A stretch of DNA of 32,000 nucleotides. Source: Candidatus Thorarchaeota archaeon. Lineage in GTDB: Archaea; Asgardarchaeota; Heimdallarchaeia; Hodarchaeales; Hodarchaeaceae. Below the pieces are notes generated by a model. It did not search any database, was not told where the DNA came from, and saw nothing but the letters and a program-made list of their open reading frames with translations. How positions within the stretch are numbered: position 1 is the first letter of the stretch; each line of letters begins with the position of its first letter. The stretch spans positions 1-32,000 of the forward strand of contig JBHLRO010000028.1 of assembly GCA_048882505.1 (NCBI GenBank), given 5' to 3'. Of this stretch, positions 26,416-32,000 are shown one piece after another. The translations under genes and the position numbers were made by a program.

Positions 26416-29328
26416 TTGGCAAGTAAAAAATTAAGGAACAGATTAAAACTTGTTTTAAAGAAGATCTTTCAATTTGAGGATATGGATCTGGATTTTGGGA
26501 TTTATCGTATCCTTAATATCAAGAAAAAGGAAATTTCCGATTTTATTGATAAGGAATTATTTGAGGTAATTGAAAAGGAATTAGGGAAATCAGAGACGGA
26601 AGAGGTAGTCGAAAGGCAGATTTGTGACCATATGATCAATTTCTTTTTACGATACTACGACAATGGCGATTTTATATCTAAACGACGATATTCTAAAACG
26701 AAGAAGTATGTAATACCCTATAACGGAGAAGAAGTTTATCTATATTGGGTAAACAATGACCAATATTATGTGAAAACAAGTGAGGATTTTAAAAATTACA
26801 GATTCATGATCGACGGCCTAACAGTTGAATTTAAACGGATCAATGACGAATTTGAAGTAAGAGGAATTAGTATTACGAATTCGGAAAAGAGATATTATAT
26901 TTTTAGGGGATTAGGATTTGAAAAATCTGTTAACACATTGGAACTGAAATTTGCCTATCGTGGATTGACAGAAAAGGAAATTGAAGCGATCAAAACTACC
27001 CTAAACAAGAATTCTATAAAAAAGGAATATGTCAACGCCTTCAACATCAAGAATGTTCTTGATCAAACCAAAACCACGGTTTTTCCCAAACTAGCCAAGA
27101 AGCACCTCAAAATGAATGGGGAGGAATCAGAGCTTTCTGAGCTCGCCTGGCATTTAAACAGATATACAACCAAAAACACTTCTGATTATTTTATTCACAA
27201 GGATTTGAGAGGTTTCTTAAATCAAGAATTGGACTTCTATATTAAGAGCGAGATATTTTCTATTACCGATTTCGAATTAGAAGCAGAAAAATCTCTTATA
27301 ACGAAAATTGTCCCCGCGTTCAAAACTATATGCCAAAAACTAATAATATTCCTGGCTCAAATAGAGGATTTTCAGAAAAGACTGTGGGAAAAGAGGAAAT
27401 TTGTCATTTCAACGAATTATTGTTTGACTTTGGATCATATTCATGAAAAGCACTACCCTGAGATTCTGGCGAATGAAGAACAACTAAGGGAATGGAGAAC
27501 GTTATTCAATATTGATTTCGAGGAAATAAAGAGAGAACGGGGATCCAAGAACATAACTGACAATGGTGGATACCGTAACATTGATTTTCTTAAGAGATTT
27601 CCAACATTAGTTCTCGATACCAGATTCTTTGATTCGGAATTTAAATATCGGATACTAAGTGAAATTAGGGAATTGGATAGCAGCATTAATGGAATATTAA
27701 TCAAGTCCAATAATTACCATGCATTAAATCTAATTCTCAACAAATACAGAGAAAAGGTAAAATGCTGCTATATTGATCCCCCGTACAACACTGGCAATGA
27801 TGAATTCCTATATAAAGATAATTATCGTCATTCCAGCTGGCTTACGATGATGTATGAGCATTTGATGTTGGGGAGGGAACTTCTTAACGATGAAGGGTCT
27901 CTTTTTGTGAGTATCGATGATAATGAAATGGACCATTTACGGTTATGTCTTGATCACGTTTTTGGTCGTGATAATTTTATCGAGCAATTGACTATTGTAT
28001 CAAATCCCAGAGGGAGATCTTTAAGAAAATACATTTCTTCGGTTCATGAGTACTGTTTGGTATGCGCAAAGAACATTGAAGCCGAATCAATCTATGGACA
28101 AGAGCCAGATAAAAAAAGGAGAGCACACTATAACGAAATTGATGAGCTGGGACAGTTTCGATGGTTAGAATTACGAAACAGAAATCCAAAATTCAATGCC
28201 AAAAATAGGCCAAACCTGTTTTTTCCTATTTATGCCAATCCTGTTACATATGAAGTATCTTTGACTGAAAAGGAAGATTGGATTAAAGTAGAACCGCTAG
28301 ATAGCAAGGGGACTGAAGATTGTTGGACTTGGGGGAAGGAAAAGGTACGTAACAATCTCAAATTTCTAAGGGCGAAGAAAACAAAGAATATGAACTGGAT
28401 TATCCAAAGAAAAGATTATTTACATAAAGAAGATGGTACAATTAAGTTGAAAAAGCCGTTTTCGGTTTGGGATGAGCGAGAGATGAATACTGAAAAGGGT
28501 ACCGAGATATTACGACATCAATTTGGCTATTTACCTTTTGATTTTCCAAAATCCCCATTTTTCATACAAAAAATTGTCGAGATATCCACTCGTTCAAATA
28601 ATCAGGAGATAATTCTAGATTACTTCGCTGGTTCAGGGACAACTGGGCAAGCCGTACTTAATCAAAATAAGAAGGATAAGGGAACACGAAAGTTTATATT
28701 GGTGGAAATGGCGCAATATTTCGAATCTATTCTATTGCCAAGAATAAAGAAGGTGATTTTCTCAGAAAATTGGTTAAATGGTGAGCCACAAGATAAAAAT
28801 GGGATTCCTAGGCAAATCCTCAAATATCAATCTTTGGAACAATACGAAGATTCATTGCTCAATATCGAGTTTGTTGAGCCAAGATCAAGTGTAAAGGAGT
28901 CTAAAGATTATAAATTAAAATATATGTTGGATTATGAAACGAGTACCAATAATATCTTCTTGAATCTTGATTTTCTAGACAATCCCTTTGGTTACAAGCT
29001 AAAAATAGAAGAGAACGGCAAAACAAGGGAGGTTAACGCGGATCTCGTTGAAACATTCAACTATCTTGCAGGAATCGATGTTAATTTCATTTATTTAAAA
29101 AATGATGCCGAAATTAGGTATATTTTTATAAAAGGACAACAAGGAGAAAAGTCAGTATTTGTGGTCTGGAGGAACAAGCCTGAATCCTTCAATCCTGAGC
29201 GTGATAAAGAATTTGTTGAACGAGAGATCGCTAATGACAAATACGATGAAGTGTTTGTCAATGGTAACTCTCTCATCAGAAATGCCAAACCAATCGATGT
29301 TGTTTTTAAGGAAGAACTGTTCAGGTGA
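26416..29328 (+). CDS. mod: type III restriction-modification DNA adenine methyltransferase (Mod, beta class)
   Basis: LDFGIYRI N-terminus, YWVNNDQYYVKT, YIDPPYNTG (motif IV), LDYFAGSGTTGQA (motif I), LEQYEDSL. Confidence 0.92.
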   Translation: MASKKLRNRLKLVLKKIFQFEDMDLDFGIYRILNIKKKEISDFIDKELFEVIEKELGKSETEEVVERQICDHMINFFLRYYDNGDFISKRRYSKTKKYVIPYNGEEVYLYWVNNDQYYVKTSEDFKNYRFMIDGLTVEFKRINDEFEVRGISITNSEKRYYIFRGLGFEKSVNTLELKFAYRGLTEKEIEAIKTTLNKNSIKKEYVNAFNIKNVLDQTKTTVFPKLAKKHLKMNGEESELSELAWHLNRYTTKNTSDYFIHKDLRGFLNQELDFYIKSEIFSITDFELEAEKSLITKIVPAFKTICQKLIIFLAQIEDFQKRLWEKRKFVISTNYCLTLDHIHEKHYPEILANEEQLREWRTLFNIDFEEIKRERGSKNITDNGGYRNIDFLKRFPTLVLDTRFFDSEFKYRILSEIRELDSSINGILIKSNNYHALNLILNKYREKVKCCYIDPPYNTGNDEFLYKDNYRHSSWLTMMYEHLMLGRELLNDEGSLFVSIDDNEMDHLRLCLDHVFGRDNFIEQLTIVSNPRGRSLRKYISSVHEYCLVCAKNIEAESIYGQEPDKKRRAHYNEIDELGQFRWLELRNRNPKFNAKNRPNLFFPIYANPVTYEVSLTEKEDWIKVEPLDSKGTEDCWTWGKEKVRNNLKFLRAKKTKNMNWIIQRKDYLHKEDGTIKLKKPFSVWDEREMNTEKGTEILRHQFGYLPFDFPKSPFFIQKIVEISTRSNNQEIILDYFAGSGTTGQAVLNQNKKDKGTRKFILVEMAQYFESILLPRIKKVIFSENWLNGEPQDKNGIPRQILKYQSLEQYEDSLLNIEFVEPRSSVKESKDYKLKYMLDYETSTNNIFLNLDFLDNPFGYKLKIEENGKTREVNADLVETFNYLAGIDVNFIYLKNDAEIRYIFIKGQQGEKSVFVVWRNKPESFNPERDKEFVEREIANDKYDEVFVNGNSLIRNAKPIDVVFKEELFR

Positions 29329-29334
29329 GAATAA

Positions 29335-31779
29335 ATGGGAAAAAGGGATCATAGAAAACTTCAGAACTATCTGATCTTGAACAGATTCATCTCTTCATTT
29401 TTCTCATTAAAGAACATGGCAGAATTTAGAAAAGAACTAAAAAACGTACAGAAAGGGATTAGTTCGAACAAAAAGTTTTTCTTTACCGAAATTGTGCAAA
29501 CCCTGCCCATTTCTGATGAATTTCGTCTCAAGCTGGATTTTTATGATGAGAATATTCAACAATATCTCAAAAGGATTAATACCAAACGAAAACCTCCTAT
29601 TGACCTTACGTATTTTCAATATCTAGCGATTTTGTTCACAGAAATCTACCTTGATAACTTCTTCAACAATTTTGATTTGTTCTATCACGACTATGTACGA
29701 TTTGTCGTTGAACAAAACCATATAGAAACCCCAAATAGTTCTAATCCATATCCCAAACCTAAGAAGGGAAATATGCGAAAATTATGTTATTGGTCTGCCA
29801 CGGGTAGTGGTAAGACCCTTATCATGCATTTTAACATGCTTCAGATTTTAAAATACACGAATCACAAATTCGACAACATGCTTCTTGTTACCCCTCCTGG
29901 TGACACTCTATCTTCGCAACACATTGACGAATTAGTCCATAGTAGCATCAAGAATAAACGGTTTGATAAGAAACAATCAGACATAGCAGATTATTTTACG
30001 GATATGTATGTTCAAGTTATAGAAATTTCTAAAATAAAGGAGGAGGTCACCTCTCAAGACGGATTATCAGTCCCAGTGGAGGTTTTTGGGGAAAACAATC
30101 TGGTTTTTGTTGACGAAGGGCATAAAGGGCATTCTTCGGAAGCCAAGGTTTGGCGAAGTTTAAGGGAACAATTAGTGGGCGAAAAGGGCTTTACATTTGA
30201 GTATAGTGCGACGTTCGCTGAAATTTCAGGGAAGGATGAGACATTTAATGAATATGCGTCCACAATTATTTTTGCCTATCGTTATCGATCTTTTTACGAG
30301 GATGGATATGGTAAAGATTATTCAATCCTTAATTTAAAGAATGCGAGAGACTATGGAGATGAATATTTTACAGGAGCCCTACTTTCGTTATATGAGCAAA
30401 AACTTTACTTTAAGAATTATCAAACGGCGGCTAAAGAATTTTTAATTAATAATCCCTTAATGATCTATGTTGGAACCTCGGTGAGTGGGAAAAGAAATCG
30501 GTCCGATGTTTTTTTTGCGTGTAAGTTCTTTTCTCAATTTATCAGGGGTAGGAATAAGTATGAGAACTATATTAAAGATATTCTAACAAATAAATCTAGT
30601 CTACTGGATGAAAATAACAAATCCATTTTCCAATATAAGTTTCAATATCTGAAAGACCTTATTGGAACGAACCAATTACAGCTCGGTGACATTTATGCTG
30701 ATATGCTTGAATTATTGTTTCATTCAACAACCTCAACCAAGATCCGCTTTATAGAGATTAAAAAAGTAGAGGGAGAGATTGGATTAAAATTGGGGCCGAA
30801 ATATTTCGGATTAATCAATATTGGGGATGTTGCGACATTCTTAAAACTCGTTGAACAGGAAGATGATTTTATACATGGGCAACCAACCCACCTAGAAGAA
30901 TCATTGTTCAAACAAATAGAGGAAGAAGCATCACCAATAAATTTCCTCCTTGGCTCCAAGAAGTTTAGTGAAGGGTGGAATTCATATCGTGTCTCGTCAA
31001 TGGGGTTACTAAACATCGGAAAAAAGCGAGGCGCCCAAATCATGCAAATATTTGGACGCGGTGTACGTTTGAAGGGTTATAATAATCTTCTGAAGCGTTC
31101 TTATGCAATCAAAAGCGATCCACACGGTAACATCAGTATAAATATTCCCCAATATTTCACTATTCTTGAAACCCTGAATATTTTTGGTCTTAATGCCGAT
31201 TATATGGCGATATTCCGAGAAAATTTGAAAGAAGAAGGATTAGCAGAATTCGGGATCTCCAACGGTTTAAGAAAGTTTGATGGTTTAAAAGAAGCTCAAA
31301 CTTATTTAAATTCGCCTAAAATGTCTAGTATGTTCGAAAATCAGGTACAAATCACCTCATTGCAGCATTCAATCCCTGAAGTTAGAATTGATCTGGGTTC
31401 AAAGATAGGCTTTCTTGATTCTCGGAGAAATGATCCCTCTTCCTATCTGGAAATGCCCCAAGAACGGATTCGATTAAGCGACAATATCCTTGAAATTGTT
31501 GATTTTCAGGAAGTTTATCTCGAACTTCTCAAGTATAAATCCCTGAAAAAATATTTTAACCTTTATTTTACTCAGAAAGACTTGATTCATTTTTTAAAAT
31601 CAGGTAATTACTCCATTTATGGCAATAAAGCGGTTTTTACTCTACATGCTTTCGAAGACTTGGATAAGATCAATAAAATCCAAGGTTACATTATCCAACT
31701 ATTAAAAGCCGTTATTGATAGCTTGTATAGATACAACAAGTCACTTTGGCATGAGAAAACCAAACCTAGACCTAATTAG
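29335..31779 (+). CDS. res: type III restriction SF2 helicase subunit (Res), apparently C-terminally truncated
   Basis: SATGSGKT (Walker A), VDEGH (II), YSAT (III), FSEGWN (V), QIFGRGVRL (VI); 6 nt after mod. No PD-(D/E)xK motif seen at the C-terminus. Confidence 0.85.
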   Translation: MGKRDHRKLQNYLILNRFISSFFSLKNMAEFRKELKNVQKGISSNKKFFFTEIVQTLPISDEFRLKLDFYDENIQQYLKRINTKRKPPIDLTYFQYLAILFTEIYLDNFFNNFDLFYHDYVRFVVEQNHIETPNSSNPYPKPKKGNMRKLCYWSATGSGKTLIMHFNMLQILKYTNHKFDNMLLVTPPGDTLSSQHIDELVHSSIKNKRFDKKQSDIADYFTDMYVQVIEISKIKEEVTSQDGLSVPVEVFGENNLVFVDEGHKGHSSEAKVWRSLREQLVGEKGFTFEYSATFAEISGKDETFNEYASTIIFAYRYRSFYEDGYGKDYSILNLKNARDYGDEYFTGALLSLYEQKLYFKNYQTAAKEFLINNPLMIYVGTSVSGKRNRSDVFFACKFFSQFIRGRNKYENYIKDILTNKSSLLDENNKSIFQYKFQYLKDLIGTNQLQLGDIYADMLELLFHSTTSTKIRFIEIKKVEGEIGLKLGPKYFGLINIGDVATFLKLVEQEDDFIHGQPTHLEESLFKQIEEEASPINFLLGSKKFSEGWNSYRVSSMGLLNIGKKRGAQIMQIFGRGVRLKGYNNLLKRSYAIKSDPHGNISINIPQYFTILETLNIFGLNADYMAIFRENLKEEGLAEFGISNGLRKFDGLKEAQTYLNSPKMSSMFENQVQITSLQHSIPEVRIDLGSKIGFLDSRRNDPSSYLEMPQERIRLSDNILEIVDFQEVYLELLKYKSLKKYFNLYFTQKDLIHFLKSGNYSIYGNKAVFTLHAFEDLDKINKIQGYIIQLLKAVIDSLYRYNKSLWHEKTKPRPN

Positions 31780-32000
31780 AAGCTTTATGAAATGAATTGA
31801 GGAGGATGGGGGGCAAATAGCCAGTTGTTGATGCTGCTGACTCATTAAATCAACCAATCTAGCAAGGATCAGTTCTTTCACAATTGGTAACGTCAAAATC
31901 CTGATGAGAGATTCTAAACATGAAGCATCTGGTTTAACCTATTTTTGACGCACAAATATTATTCAGGTTTTTTCTGAAAATTCTGCCTAAGCTTTTCTAG

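Noticed and set aside
26416-29328. Phase-variable simple repeat in mod (phasevarion)
   Set aside because: No long homopolymer or tandem short repeat tract seen; the ORF is uninterrupted.
807-31043. Numerous 60-114 aa ORFs antisense to or nested in long genes (e.g. 1912-2229, 3004-3255, 13194-13457, 23113-23457, 30720-31043)
   Set aside because: Shadow ORFs of well-supported genes, with no independent motifs.
31730-31940. Minus-strand open frame (LIRILTLPIVKELILARL...) overlapping the res end
   Set aside because: No start codon with RBS, bounded by upstream stops, no recognisable motif.

Overview
Gene-dense prokaryotic window with no rRNA, tRNA or CRISPR array seen. It looks archaeal (TTTATA-type promoters, oligo-T terminators, GGAGG/GGTGA RBSs, many TTG starts, zinc-ribbon proteins), possibly Asgard; this is inference only. 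Main content: (1) a divergent carotenoid locus at 1890-7720. Leftwards are crtB, a regulator with the full CarH-type cobalamin-photoreceptor signature but a winged-helix rather than MerR DNA-binding domain, and a TspO-like membrane protein. Rightwards are crtI, a fused crtYcd-type lycopene cyclase and an unknown 4-TM gene. The 131-bp divergent promoter has three TTCATG(A/T)A palindromes at exactly 19-bp spacing. (2) Assorted membrane, flavin-binding and transferase genes at 7.7-16.7 kb, including two tandem paralogues with conserved His. (3) A 284-bp-period degenerate tandem duplication at about 17.05-17.55 kb. (4) An AmmeMemoRadiSam-type radical SAM gene split by a 445-aa LAGLIDADG intein inserted directly before the third Cys of CxxxCxxC. 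(5) HEAT-repeat, SelA-like PLP, propeptide-less S8 protease and MFS genes. (6) An AT-rich type III restriction-modification pair whose Res appears to end before its nuclease domain. All family calls come from motif recognition, not database searches.
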